From positions 1 to 62,962 of the forward strand of contig JAUCBJ010005775.1 in the NCBI GenBank assembly GCA_032718475.1: a DNA stretch of 62,962 nucleotides. The letters run 5' to 3'. The notes below the pieces were generated by a model that saw only the letters and a list, made by a program, of their open reading frames with translations, was not told the DNA's origin and searched no databases. Positions 36,575-50,902 of this stretch are shown in pieces. Positions within the stretch are counted from its first letter, which is position 1; each line of letters opens with the position of its first letter. The position numbers and the translations under genes were made by a program. The DNA comes from Nemertoderma westbladi. Its lineage: Eukaryota; Animalia; Xenacoelomorpha.

Positions 36575-39102
36575 ATTGTCTCTAAAGGACATCCACACCG
36601 GTGTCCGAGGCGAATCCCCCCCTGACGCGGAATGCCCCCTTCCCCATAGACTTAAGTATAATAATACTGTAGTAGGCCTAGCGTAACGTACAGCACTTTA
36701 ACTTAGATATATTTGTTTATTTTTTGGTTAGGGTTGTTAGTTGGTAGGGCCCAAACCCTAATTAAAACTGTCATGTAACCCTAAATCTGAGGCTCTAATC
36801 TAAGTTTATGGAATTTTTGACGCTTGCCATTTGGCCCAAATTATTAGCTATTAGGCCTGCGGCCCTCATATTTCCTAATAAGTCCCTATAGGTTTACTTG
36901 GTGACATTAAAAATAAATATCTTGTAATGAATTTCTCGTACTCCTTGGCACGATAAGCTCCTAAAACGGCTTTGAATCTCATAAAGGTTCCAGGGAGTGC
37001 TTTACTTCGCTTAGTGTTTTGGTTTTCCGGCTAACATAAAATATTTCCACTAGAACACGGTCCTTCCTTCAATGACTTGTTATTTACTACGGACATCCAC
37101 AACATTTTAATATAGTACAAAAACACAGTGATTTTCTGTTCTTACCAAATAGTACTGTATATTGCTTCCTTCTGACATACAAAAATAGTGTACTGTAACA
37201 CCATAGAAAAACCTCTGGGATGAGGGAAAAGGTAGAAACTGGGTGAGTTCTGCTTTGGGTTCGTTGGGATCCAATGTATAGCCTAAAAAATAATCCAAAA
37301 AGGCAGAGAAAAATACAGTATTTTTAGCCGTTTTGTTCTGCTAAAAATACACCGGAAAAAATATCCAAATAAAGGGCAAAGAAAATCTAATAGATAGTGA
37401 AAAAGTCTTGGAAAAGTCTATAGACAATAGGTCACAGGTTATGAAAACGTCTGAAAAGTTATGGAAAAGTCGTAATAAACTTGGTGCAGCTTCACGCTAT
37501 TGGAACTTGGCGATAGTGCAGAACACCAGGTTACCGTCTGATTCCAAACAGGGGTGGTACCGATTGGACGCAAATGGTTAGCTGCAATTTGCTCTCAAAC
37601 TATACAGTCGATCCTGGGATAAACCATATAATATAGCCTGCGGACAGTGCACCAGCACTACTGTGACTGACAGGGCCGGCCGGGCCCTATGGAGACGCTG
37701 CTACTTTGCCTTTAGAACTAAATAGTCGGTCCCTCCCGACGTAAGTAGCCAGCGGGCAAAGTGGGCACACAAGCGCTCCAGGCTAATTTAGCCAGTGAAA
37801 AGTGATTTAGCCAGTTACCTTCCTGGCGATCGCAAAGCCTTTTTAGGGGCCCGACCCAGCAACAAAGACGCCCAACTTTTGAGCAGAGCTGACTTCTAGG
37901 ATAAACTTTTAGTGACTTTAGGACCAGAGCTCACTTAAGGCAGATGGGGTTGAAGACTCTTTTTTGTCTCAATGCGGCCCTATTTAAACCCGGTGGGGTG
38001 TCGATATGGAGTTGACCCCTAATTATCACATACGCACAGTTTGACTTTCTTGTGCAGAGATTTTACGTTCAAACCATGTAAAAATTTGATTGTAAAAATT
38101 ATATGATTGACAAACCAATAACTGATTATGAATACACGGCAATAGAGTCTTGAAGGTGACTAGTCAATTATTCCCTTCCCTTACCTATTGGGTAAGGGCA
38201 GTAGGCGGTAACTGAGGGCCAGTGAAATGGAAGGAATGTATTGGATGAGTAATGATGCAATAACTGTAGCCGATAAGACCGAGTTGGGTGGGTGAGGACG
38301 GATAAGGATGTCTGGGATGGGATTATGAGCCATGGATATTGGATATAATATTCTGAGATGAATATTATGGTGGAATAGGGAAGAAAGGGAATAATTGTGT
38401 AGTAATTATTTCGCTTTTAAAATCAGAATCCCGAGGAAGTGTATTTTTGTATGTTTGCCTACGGAGGCGCGAAAACTCGATTACATATCTGATGTACTTT
38501 TATCACTTCTTTACTAAATATTTAATCGATTCCTAATTACAGATAAACAACGATTTCGATGCACTTGAGACGTAATTATTACAATTCTGCGAAATGAAAA
38601 CTCCACATCCATATATTTATGAAACCAACAATTATTGCTCTATTATAGAGTGCAAAATCTCAAATGTTGAAACACAATTTGTAAAAAGAATTATTTTTAT
38701 CAGCGTTTTTGAAAGAGAAAAAAATAAAATTATAAATGGATTTGAATAAAAGCGTTGGATTCCGGACAGAATGAGCCCAAAATCATATCAAAACTCGCGA
38801 AGTTTGGAATTATTTCATTTAAGTAGTAATTTGTATTTTAGTTTGTATAAAAAATTTAAAAATCACGCGATTGTATGCCTTATTCTCTGAGTTCTTTAAA
38901 ATACTATACATTTGATATATCTAACATATTTTACAGAGATATGTTAGATGGTTCAGTAGCTTAGTAAGTTAGTCCGTAGGTCGTGTAGATATTAGATACA
39001 GAGTTCGAATCTCCCTTAGTAAATTTGTATTTTTGTAGTAGTTTATTTTCAAATTTAAATATACCGCCTATCTAGCTAGATTATAGTAGTTGAACCAATA
39101 CT

Positions 39103-40060
39103 GTGAGCGAACTCCTGTGGTTTGCACTTAGCCTTGCCGATTCTGTCTCATCTCCTATGGCAAAAGCAGTAAAAAAACTATTAGACGCTGGAGACAGTGG
39201 AAAACAATTTCGTGACAACTTGATTGACAGGGTTTCAAATAGTAACTCAACACGCCGATTAGTTTACCGTGATTTTAATCCATCACTACAGAAATGTCCT
39301 CTCTTTCATGTTCAACATGTTGCACATATTTCGGAGCCGCACCGCATTGCTTTAACACGATTTAAATTACTGTCAACCCACCTGGCTGTGGAAACTGGCC
39401 GTTGGTCGCGAATACCAGCGAGCTCAAGAATTTGTCGATGCGGGTCCATCCAAACTGAACGACATGTGTTGCTTGATTGCCCCCTTATCACCCCTCTAAG
39501 GTTACCGTTGACAAATATAATAAATTTTCAATCCTGTGAAACAGTGCTTAGTTGTGCACACATGGATTTGCTTGCTAAATTTATCTTTGACGTGCTACGA
39601 ATCCTTGAAGATTGATTTGTTTTTGTTTTTATAATGAAATACAATTCTCTGATTCAAATTTATATATTATTCGCATTTTTAGTATAATGGTTATAATAGA
39701 CGCCTGTGTACTAAGTTTATGATTTAATTGAAATCCACAAATATATATTTTGGTGTAATGTTATGTAGCTAGCCTTAATTTAAAATAATATTTGATGAAA
39801 TTGATTATTCTGTGGCTTAATGATAGTGTCTAGGTCATTATATATCTAGGTCATATAATTAGTTATTTTTTTTTTGGTGAACTAGATTAAAGTAATAATT
39901 TAATAATTCAGCCTTTGTATACAGCCTTTGTCAGCCTTTGTATTTAAGTGATACTATTAATTACCTACTAGTTGTATAATTTGGACTAATGCGTTTGGTG
40001 TTACTATATTGAATTTATCAAACTTCGTAATTGGTCAATAAAACATATATATATATATAT
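39103..40060 (+). mobile_element. 5'-truncated RTE-X-like LINE (C-terminal zinc-knuckle region, 3' UTR, (TA)n tail)
   Basis: ORF 39103-39615 contains RIALTRFKL..HLAVETGRW....RICRCGSIQTERHVLLDCP. AATAAA at ~40038 is followed by (TA)n. Confidence 0.8.
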
Positions 40061-40218
40061 GAGTACACCTTGGATATCTGATTAGCTGGACCAATGATAT
40101 GATTACATATTGTGCTTAATAATTTATTGGACCAATACGGCCTTTAGGAAAGTCGTAGAACGAATATAACTATTTATTAGAAGGCATTCGAATTCCATTC
40201 CACACCCAAATTTACTAT

Positions 40219-40492
40219 AAAAAAAGTAAATTTTCTTCGGCCGTTAGGCCAGGGATTACGCACAAAGTCTGACGACTTAATTTCCAGTGCGGTCCGGTCC
40301 CCCCAGAACTTTTTACTCTCCAGAGGAAACTCTAGTACTCATTTAGCTACCACTTAAGGATGCAACGCAGAGATGAGCCCTGGCTGGTCCCTTTAAAGCA
40401 TTCGTGCCAAAACGAAAACTGCCCTGGTCCATGTGAGGATCGAACCCACGACCTACAGGAGTTGTGAATTCAATGCAACCACTACACCAAGG
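40219..40492 (-). mobile_element. tRNA-derived SINE (family B), uninterrupted copy
   Basis: Minus-strand A box TGGTGTAGTGG and B box GGGTTCGATCC. The body aligns with 12207-13162. Confidence 0.82.
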
Positions 40493-41387
40493 TGTGTGCT
40501 TGTTAAAACTACTACTTGTTAAAATCACTTCTTAGTTAAACTTCATTGCTTACTCGTTTCAAAAGTTAACTTTGTTAAAACTTTAGTGAATTTGTAAATG
40601 TTTAGTTGTATTCTGATTTACGTTAAAATATACTTAAAACTCTAACTATGTAATTTTGACGTATCTAACCTGAAACCTCAGCCGAACATTAGACATATGG
40701 CTGCCTAAACCTTTAGGCGACAGCAACACAAGGGGGAGGAATGTCTACAAACTAATTGCCCACACACTTTCGAATATGATCCGCAAGCCCATTAAGACTA
40801 CCCACGCCAAAGGTGAGACTTCGTTCGACGCTTTGCCCACAGTAAGACCGTAGATCGGGGTGAAATGTGAGGACGTCCTGGGACGCCATAAAACTTAGGA
40901 GCAAATATTTTGGATCTAGACAAATACCCAATAGTTTACCTGCATGATCTACCTACAGGTGTGAGATGGTGCAGTGCAGCTGGTGGAGTAGTGCGCTCAG
41001 GTACACTAAGTGCAAATAGCACACTCTGTAATTTGGTGACTTTACCGTACGAGCTATTCAGTACCGGTTAGCTCTGTAGGTAGTTGCTGTCAACTGGTCT
41101 GCCTGTGTTTGACGTATTGTCCAGGCAAAGGGCAGCTTTCTTTCTACAGGCATACCACCTAGGCTAAAGGTGGTTACTAACATCTACCGCGCCCTTGCAA
41201 CGTACTGCTAGGTATTACTGCATAACACCGCAGCAACAAAATTTCTGGAATCAAATTTATATAACAGATCAGCTAGCAGTACAGTACGGTAGTAACTAAC
41301 ATCCTATCTCTATTTTTCACAATCAGAGTCTGGTATTAGGTGCCGATTACGGCCGTAGTTATTAACACCGAATTTGCCCGATCGAGT

Positions 41388-41967
41388 TGTGAATATAGAA
41401 GGAGAGAGCCCCTTTTGACGTCAGTTTGTAAGTATCTACGCTTTTAGAGAGCGAATAGCTTATTCTAGTAGCTAGCGCCCGATATATTTTGTTAGGTCAC
41501 CAAAACCTAGTATAAAGGGTCATAAAACATTGCGCTTTGCCATAACATACGCACACACACACACGCTTCTTAAGATTTCTGTTCTACTACTGATATTATT
41601 ATATTTGACTGTCTTATCTGTCGGCAGTACCGTTTGCTAGTGTTCGGACAACTCACTGGCTCGTTATTATACCCATATAAATCACTCCGCGGAAAGTCTG
41701 CAGCAGTTTAGGTCCATCAGCGTTAGATAGGATTCGCTGCGCGGGATTGTGTCTCGCGAGTTTGGTCTGTTTCTGTAGACTGTAATTCTGCCTCACCGGT
41801 TAGGGACTGGTCACCCTGATTGTCAAGTACCCAAGTTAGCCCGGGGAATTGATTCGCCCAGGTTTAGTACAAAACATCAGCAGTTTGATGTCTTTGATGT
41901 CGCCAGCAGCAGTTTGTGTACTTTTAGTATCTATTATTAGGCCCTGACTGCATTGGCATTCATCACG
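41388..41967 (+). mobile_element. Possible solo LTR
   Basis: Starts TGTGA and ends TCACG, with flanks GAGT/AAGT. Contains TGACGTCA and TATAAAG, and is more GC-rich than its surroundings. Confidence 0.3.
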
Positions 41968-42289
41968 AAGTTATCGTGAAATCGCGTAGGTCCGTGTCTA
42001 CCAGTCTACTAACGTTGAACTGTCTCATTGAATGGCTTACTACCAATCTTACTACCAAAAAATTCACCTGAAAGTGGGATTGAACTCGGTACCTAGAGAT
42101 TCCAAGTCAAACGCTATACCAACTTCTCTACAGCGCCGTATGAAGCCTTATAAAACTAAACCCTAACTGGAAACTAACAACAACAACAACTGAGTGAATA
42201 CTAGACTGTCTCGCTACGCGGACATAAAAATTTGACTTTAATAATTATTATTAATTACAGTAGATCTACTAATGGCCTGTATGTATAAT

Positions 42290-43352
42290 TAGTCAGTTAG
42301 ACAGACGGGTCCACCGTGACTTTGGGTCATCACGCATTTTTATTTGCTTAAAATTTAGTCGGACCTTAGAGTAATCAAAATCCGTCGGGTGCCATTTCGG
42401 CACCTTTGAGGAACTTTTTATAAAGCACTTTTAACCTAAGTTTCCATAGCAACCGGCACACAAGGTTTTATTTTGAGATATCTGCGACCTTGCACCTATT
42501 GCCACAGCTCTTGGTAATTATTCTGAATAAGATTTCTAGAAGATTAGTTCCCATAGCAACATTATTAATCAAAAATTTTGGCCTTTGGGATGTTTATTAA
42601 GATATTCCAACTATTAAACAATAGATTATTAATGTAACTATTTATAAAAGCAAACAATTATTATCACTGGGGGGTTATTAATCACATTTAGTTTTTAATT
42701 TAATTATATGAGTTAGTTTTCTCCTTTCAAATGCAAATTTTGACGTTTATCTATCCAACGTTTGCAGAAAATAGGTACAGTAGATTCAATGTGCCATCAT
42801 TCTTTACTGCGTACCTATCTGGGTATCTATCCCAAATATTCTCCATTACTGGTATTACGAAAGTTAATCAATCAGCTAGAAGAGTTGTATGTTTATTAAA
42901 TTAATTATTTAAACGGAACATTGCTTTAAAAATTGTATTTATTTTTATACTTTGAAGTGGTGCAGGTGCATATTGTAGTAAATGGTAGTGGTAGAGCGGC
43001 TATAGAGCTGCCGCATCGATTGGAAGAACAGGCGCAGAACAATTACAAGATATAGTTTTAAGGATCGAAATTGGGGCAATGGATGAGACCCCAGGATCCG
43101 TTATCAGTTTGTCATTGATCGCCATCCAACCAAACTTGTTAACAGCCAACAGTCAGGTGCAGGATCATCAGCAGCTTGCAAACGAGCCCGTTTTGTTTAC
43201 ATGTTGTACAGCGGCACTCTGTGTGGGGGGAAGGTTGAATACTTTAGGGTGTTGCTTCTTTGAAGTTAATAGCCTATGTCGAAGTTCATTCAGAGTATCC
43301 GATATGCCACCATAGGTGTAGTTGTAAATTCACAGCACCCAGAAAGACTTCT
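42290..43352 (-). mobile_element. Academ-like DNA transposon fossil (C-terminal transposase region plus putative terminus)
   Basis: The minus strand of ~42960-43320 translates with frameshifts as YGGISDTLNELRH..NLPPTQSAAVQHV/KRARLQ..KFGW..IAPISILKTISCNCS/CSSNRCG. A TAG-starting end lies at 42290, with two CCATAGCAAC motifs. Confidence 0.6.
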
Positions 43353-44186
43353 GCCGAATGATTGTTTGCGTAAACATAAAAGTTTTGAATAATTAAATTT
43401 AAAATATCACATTGAAATCATCAACCCAAATTCAACTATTTTGTCTCTGAATAGTTTAAGCAACCTGAAGGGGTAGAATATAAGAATTTCGGACAAATTT
43501 TTGTATTTAAAAAAATAATGATTAGTTTAAATGAAATTTATAATATATTAATAATTTCAATACAACAAAAACATTCTATCAGTAAAACATTATATCAATA
43601 AAACTATTTTAAATGTAAGTGATACTTTATAACAATTAAGTTGAGCCAAAATAATAAGAAATTAAATATTTCAGATAATTATGATATAGAAACTAAACGA
43701 TATAGATTACTGATATAAAAACAAAATATTGAATAAGTTTGAAATCATGAATATTATTTTGGCTCAATACGTTTGAGGTGGTGATCTATAATTCAGTTTT
43801 TAATGTGAATAAAAACATCATTAATGGTTTACTAATATAATTATTTTGATATTTAAAATAAAAATACCAATAAAGTTCATGTCGGTGTCAATCATAATGT
43901 AAACCTTACTTGTTTATACTTATTTAGTAAAGATAAGTAATTTTTTACTAACAATTTCATCAGATTATTGTACATAAATAATTCAATAAAGAGATAATTC
44001 AGATTAATTAATAATTAAGATGATTCAATAATCTTTTTAAAATTTGCATATATTATACAGCATGATTTAATCTATTTATATTTTATATGTAACTATGTTT
44101 AACCACAACATTTTAATGTAAAGAACAACTATTATTAATTCATCTTAAACTGCACATAATAAAAATAAAGTACAATAACAATTTAA

Positions 44187-45458
44187 GGGAAAGTGTATGT
44201 CAATACATTGGACTAAAAGTCCTTTTTATGTACCTTTTCTGATGAATGGGTTTAGCAAAAAGGCTTGAGATTTTCATGGGAAATAATTTAGCGTGTGTCT
44301 CAAACGTGGAATAAAAAAAATAAAAAAAGTCAATTTGGTGACCAGAAATTTTCAAAATGAAAATTATTTATAAAAAATTGAAAAAAAACACGTATTTTGG
44401 CGTTTTTTTGTGATGTAACTTTTACAATTTCTAACCTACACTTACATAAGTAGAAGAACATATGTAATTCGGTCAATTAAGGCAAATTATATATAATTTG
44501 GTCCAGTAGTTCCAGAGAAACAGGTACATGAGTGAAAAATATAAAAAGAAACGAAAAAAATTCTGAGATAACGGCATTTAAAGTTTACAAACCTTCCCGC
44601 CATTTTTAAAAAAACTAAAATTTTCGATATGGGGGTTTCCCGGGAAGGTGATTTATAGTTTGACAAATTTCACACTGTCAGTCTGTCTGTTTATCAGACA
44701 ATCTGTCTGTCTGTCAGTCAATAATTAAGGAAACACACTACCGAACTGAAACTTAGGTTATGGGGGTTTTCCTGGTCTGTGATTTTATTGCCGATGAAAG
44801 TTTTAACGTTTGAAGTATTTCAGACTGTCTAACTGTCAGTCTGTCTTTTTATCAGGCAATCTGTCCGTTTGTCTGTCGAAATTTAGGAAAGGAGACAACC
44901 TCATTAACATTTTAGTTAAAGGGTTTTTCCTGGTTGGTAATTCCATTTCTGGTGTCAGTATTCAAATATGATGGCTTTGTGTTGGTCTGTCGGTCTGTCC
45001 GTCAAAATATAATAGACAGACAGACAGCCGCATAGACCACGTTAAACGTTAAAACAGACAACAGAAATGGAATCATAGACCAGAAAAACCGCTATAACAA
45101 CATTTTCAGTTGTGTATTTCATTCATAATTTTTTACTAATAGACAGACAGAGAGAAAGGCCAAAATACAGACAGATAGTCATGTAGGGAAACAGAAAGAA
45201 AGACAATATAGAATACATAAAACATTAGAAATGTGATCACTAAACAGGAAAAGTCCTATAGCGAAAATTGTACAATGCATATGTTTCTATAATTTTGTCA
45301 GACAAAACCGACAGCAGCGATCAGACAAGCAACTATAACTCGATAACTAAAAGAGATCGCGCTATGTTGTTTACAGTTTTGAAATCGCCATTAAACTTTT
45401 ATCCAGAATCCGGTAAAATAAGTTATGATTTTTAAATTTTTATCACATACACGTGCCC
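44187..45458. mobile_element. Kolobok-like non-autonomous element with internally inverted subrepeats
   Basis: TTAA-GGGAAAGTGTATGT ... ACATACACGTGCCC-TTAG. Internal ~130-bp GTCT-rich repeats (44630-45000) are mirrored by GACA-rich repeats (45010-45330). Confidence 0.6.
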
Positions 45459-46355
45459 TTAGAATGTATAAACTGATAAATGAAACTTAGACCTTTATTT
45501 ATATCGGTTCATTCGGAAGTTAAAATTAAATATCGCATATATACGTGATAAAATGCAATACTGCACTGAAGTACGACATCACAAAATTACTAAAGCATAA
45601 CCCAACATACAAGGAACAATAATTCTGAGAGTAATTTAACGGAATTACACAATAAAATAACGCTAAATAACGTTGATACTAAAATAATAACCATAGGCCT
45701 ATTATATATACATAATATTAAACCTTGAAAATAATATATATACCAAACAAAACAAATCGTATTATATGGACATATTATAAATATACAGTAAATTAATTAG
45801 GAATATAACAAATAGGACGCTATAAACCACGAACATTACATAAACATTGCACTATAGCTATTAGAGTATAGGATAGGGTCTGTGAATATATAGATATAAA
45901 ATCGGGTTATGGCAATATTATGTAGAAAGATAACACAGCAAATAAGTTTATAACATCATAAAATATAAAACAAACTTCATTTTACAAAGCGACACCAAAA
46001 ACATACATTCAATCATTGCAGATGCATAAATTAAAGCTATAAAAATTGCATTTTATAGTTAGAAACATTTAGATAAAAGTGTTATTCACATACAAACTGC
46101 CGAGCGAACAATAAATATATTAGTACAATAGAAAATTAAGTGTAATTAATAGTATAAATATGTTATATCAGAACCGCCCACTATATTGCACTATAAACTA
46201 CATGACAAATGTTTTGACTTCGATTAAGTATTTACTTTTTTTTTGGTTTATTTTTAGAAGCCAATATTTATAAAAAGAACAAACGAAAATCAGACAACCT
46301 GTAATAGGTTCCCTGGCAACGAACAAACAATGTGTAACGGTGGGCTGAACCGTAT

Positions 46356-46710
46356 AGTTAGTCAGTTAGGCAGAACATTACTAATAGGTAGTTAGTTAGG
46401 CAGAACAAAACTAATAGGTAGTTCGTTAGGCAGAACAAAACTAAATAGGTTGTTAGTTAGGAAGGACATTACAAATAGGTTGTTAGTTAAGCAGAACATT
46501 ACTAATACGTTGTTAGTTAGGCAGAACAAAACTAATAGGTAGTTAGTTAGGCAGAACAAAACTAATAGGTAGTTAGTTAGGCAGAACCTATACTTATAGG
46601 TAGTTAGTTAGGCAGAACAATACAACAGCTAGTTAGTTAGGCAGAAGATTACTAATAGGTAGTTAGTTAGGCAGAACAAAACTAATATGTAGTTAGTTAG
46701 GCAGAACATT
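46356..46710. repeat. 30-bp minisatellite (~12 copies)
   Basis: Unit GTTAGTTAGGCAGAACAAAACTAATAGGTA. Confidence 0.95.
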
Positions 46711-46962
46711 AAATTTAAATAATAAGAATACAGGAAGAATATCAAAATAATTAGAAATAATTAGACACGATATATTGCACTTTATTTACTTCTGTTGTAA
46801 TAGATTTCTCGACCTTCGGCCTTGAATAAATATGCTATAAAATGCGATATTACAAAAATTACAAGATTTTATTATTTTCAGTAAGTTGAGTGGGTGAAAT
46901 TATAGTAACCATTAGCCCATCGCAACAACCAAAATCCAAATAAACTATACTAACTGTATCCC

Positions 46963-47372
46963 AGTATAGTTTACTAAAGATTGAAACTCAACCCCAATCT
47001 TGGTATAGTGTACTAAAGATTGAAACTCAACCCCAATGTTGGTATAGTTTACTATAGATTGAAACTCAACCCCAATCTTGGTATCAAGCAAAGCAAAGCA
47101 AACAGTCGGCCGAAGCCGGAGGCGACCCGAAGGCTCCTCTTTCGATAGCTGCTACCCGAGGGTAGGGATGGGCGCTACTCCTATCCCAAGATTTGCTCCC
47201 AGTTATTTAACTGGTACTCATTTTATCGACCCCAGTGGATGAAAGGCTGAGTGGACCCTGGCGGGGCTGAACCTACAACCAATAGATTGCAGGCCCGGCG
47301 CTCAACCAACTGAGCTACCCCGCCAATCTTGGTATAGTTTACTGCAAATTGAAACTCAACCACAATCTTGGC
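46963..47372. repeat. 39-bp minisatellite interrupted by a SINE
   Basis: Unit GGTATAGTTTACTAAAGATTGAAACTCAACCCCAATCTT, with three copies before the SINE and one after. Confidence 0.9.
47085..47324 (-). mobile_element. Full-length young SINE (family A)
   Basis: Reverse complement of 13555-13781, with a (TTTGC)n tail. TSD CCAATCTTGGTAT at 47072-47084 and 47323-47335. Confidence 0.94.
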
Positions 47373-50300
47373 TTCAGCCTTCCTATAAACTCACCTACAA
47401 CACATTATTAACTAAGCAGGCTCCTAAATTTACTTTATTTTTGTATTACATTTTTTTTAGTTTTCGGAGCCAAAATTTATAGCAACAAAACGTGAATTAC
47501 ATTTAAATAAATCCAAACGTCAACCGCCACCTGCAAAACTCCAACACGAAACACCTAAATACTATAGAAGAAAGGAAAGCTAACTAACTATATTCTATCG
47601 CCTTTCTTAACATGATGCTTAACTTTTTCAGAACTTCGCAGTTTCCTAAAAAGTTGCAAAATTACAATTAAATTATTTACTATTTGCCAAGTGTGGGTGA
47701 GTTTCAACTTCAACCACTTGTAACAAAGTTGGAACTGGAACATTTTTTAGTCTACATGGATGTTTAACATGTCAAACTAAATCCACATGTTAATTAACAT
47801 TTGCTATAAAATTGACATCTATATATATAATTTATTTTCGGTTCAGAAAATAAATAAATGCATTTACACTTTAATTACCACCATGACCAACCTGAATCAT
47901 GTTTCAAGTTTCAATTAAACAAAGCCGAAATACTTTCTTCGAAAAAAATTATATCTAAATGTGGGATTGAACCCGGTATCTCGAATTCCAACGATCTACA
48001 AACAAACGGAGAGGTTACACAACCATTAGATCTTCTTAAACAGTATTATATAATATGTAAAATATAAAATGTAAAATATATTAACGTTAATTTGTTTTTC
48101 TAAATTATAAAATGTCATTTTAAATATTTTGCATTTCCCAACTATAAACAAAAAATAAATTAAAAAAATAATGTTTTTAGCTTAAAAAATTTTGAAAGCT
48201 ATAAATTAGCCAGACATACATACATACACAGAAAATAAAAAGGTGTCTAAAGGTTTTTAAATATAATTGGTTCCCTAAAAACGTAATTGATAGAAATAAA
48301 AGAAGTATTGATGGGATAGGATAAGTGAAATAATAAGTTGTGTTTTTATTGGAAAGATAAGCGATAAATCTAGAATAATGGAAGACGTTGGATATCTACT
48401 GTATAGCGGCTAAAATATATATAGATTAGCAGATAATTATTGATATACAATAGGCATAGTGGGGCGAAACCAAAACAGGCTGCAACAGTGCGCGAGTATA
48501 CATTCAGCAGCAATTATTGTCACAGCGGCAAAAAAATAATAGTGTAGCGGCAACATAATAGGAGTGAAGAGAAACAGTAGCAAATAACATATAAATAAAT
48601 TATATTAATAAATTAATATTAAAATTAAGTAATATTAAAATTAATTAATATTATGTATTTATTAATAATAAAATTAATAAATATTATGTATTAATATTAA
48701 TATAGGAGAAGATATTCAGTACATTAGGTTATTAGAGCAAGTATAAACAAAAAAAAATCAGTAAAATTTTACTGTGGAAGATTTTACTGTATAATATTAC
48801 ATTTAGTAATATTGAAAGAACAGTCAGGACCTGTGATAGTTGTGTGGGAACATTAATAAAAAGCAGTATTGAACCTAATTTCATTAGAATAATTACCAGT
48901 TTCGTGTTCTCATACTTATAGTGAACAAACAAACATCAAATAAAATAAATTAGGGATAAATTTTTTGAAACATTTATAACAAATAAATTGACGAAATATC
49001 AATATGATTGCAGCATTCGATGCCCAATAGCGACACCCTTATTGGGTGGGCTTGTAGTGGGTTGATAGGGCTGATTGCACAGAGGTACCGTGCTAGCCAA
49101 TAGCATGCCAACACGTCAGTACCAAATTGTCCAACCAAATTCAAGGTTGAAAAAAGTATTAACATATTCACTTAAATTTTACAAAAAATATTGTATTAAA
49201 TATTTTTATATAATGTTATACGAAAATTTACTACCTTTCTGTCGAGAAAATAGATAATTATTAATGCATATTAATTTAATTGAATAATTTATTCCATTGT
49301 TCAAAATCAAATATGCAATAATATTTGATTGAAAAATACAATACAATTTTTTTAGAGAAAACATTTTAAAATGAGTTTTATGTCTAGTAAAAATGGAATT
49401 AATATTAAAGGTCCAACTTGAATTTGGTTAAAAGGGACATGTAGCTAACACATTGAATACAAACATCGATACATTAACCATCCCTGAATTGGACGTAAAT
49501 ATGATTACTTTATGTCATTGCAACTTTAAAGCTCCACTCAAACCCCGACATTTATTTCATAAAAAAACATTTCTTATTTACTTATCTCTTTTTTTTTATA
49601 TATTTTCAAAAATAAATCTTTTCAGAAAAATATATAATTTAGTACACAATAACTTCTGACAATAATTCTATCAGAAGGAAAATAAATCTATACTGCCAAT
49701 AGCCCACACGGATACATTTACGCGGGAAGTTTAAATAAAATCCGCATACACAAATATAATAATAAATAGGGTGTTGAAATCGAACATGTGTCAAAAAGTA
49801 AGAAGACGTGTTATTCAGAAAAAAGCAATCAGTTATATTTCAGTGTAGCTGAAATCGAATATATGTAACGAAAAATAATTTAAAAAGAATTTCCGAAATT
49901 AATTATCTCCATTACTGGGAAATCTTATTTAGATTCATCAAATAAGTTTTTTCCAAAAAATTGTCATTTTAATTGAATTATAACCGGTAATTAAGGAATT
50001 ATGATTCACTTTATCTGGAGGCCGAGTGCAAATCAAACCGCGGGGAAGGGATATTCTAACGGTACATTAGTTTACTGTGAGGAAGGGGGGAGTGAAAAGG
50101 AAAGTTTGTGGAATAAAATGATTGCATGAAAACACCTTGTAGTATAAAGGCAAATTTTGGGTCCTCGGGGTAACAACAAAAAAAATACACAAAAAGGTAA
50201 ACAATAAACCAATTAGCATCACTTAGATGCCTTATCTAATCCTAAAACATTAAACAAAACAAACTAATAAAAAATAAAACAGTAAAATGTAAGTCATTTA

Positions 50301-50599
50301 GAAGTTGTAACTCCGAATGTTTATAATATTACTCACTAATTAATAACGTTTTTTTTATAGTAATTATGTAAATAATAGTCAACATTGCCAACAATCAGAT
50401 GCAATATTTTTTAATTGGTTATTGTGAACTAATTGGGCAAGAATATTGCTCTTGGAATAATGATATATGTACATTTAATTACGGGTCATTTAGCAGTTTG
50501 TTGCTGTGTTGTCATAGGAACAAATAGCAGCAGGATAAAGAAGTAGTTATACATGTAGTTGTTATGGAAACAACATCATCGGTAAATTGTAGAAGTTTA

Positions 50600-50902
50600 A
50601 TGATATTGTAATAAGTGGTTCAGAAAAGGAAAAAATGAGAAAGTACGTCACTGGGGGTTGAACCAGCGCTGTACTTTTTAGCCTATCAGGCATCTTCAGT
50701 AGCGCTTCAGCCACTCTCCTTTGACATTCACCTTTTTATTTATTTCACTTCTATTGAACAGACAGACTTTAGTTGCATATACTGTCTCTATTAGCGCTAC
50801 TGAAGTGGCCTAATAGGCCGAAACGTACGTATAGCGCTGGTTCAACCAAGGTGACGCGCTTTCTAATTTTATCCATTTCTGAACAACTTATTAGAATATC
50901 AT
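50600..50902. mobile_element. Inverted pair of Penelope-type pLTR remnants, each with a hammerhead motif
   Basis: Arms 50600-50706 and 50793-50902 are reverse complements. Plus 50793-50838: AGCGCTA-CTGAAGT-GGCCT-aat-AGGCC-GAAA-CGTACG-TA-TAGCGCT. Minus 50665-50706: AGCGCTA-CTGAAGA-TGCCTGATAGGC... with a decayed GAAA side. Confidence 0.7.

Noticed and set aside
37671-37982. hAT MITE (CAGGGCCG...CGGCCCTA)
   Set aside because: The terminal match is very short and there is no 8-bp TSD.
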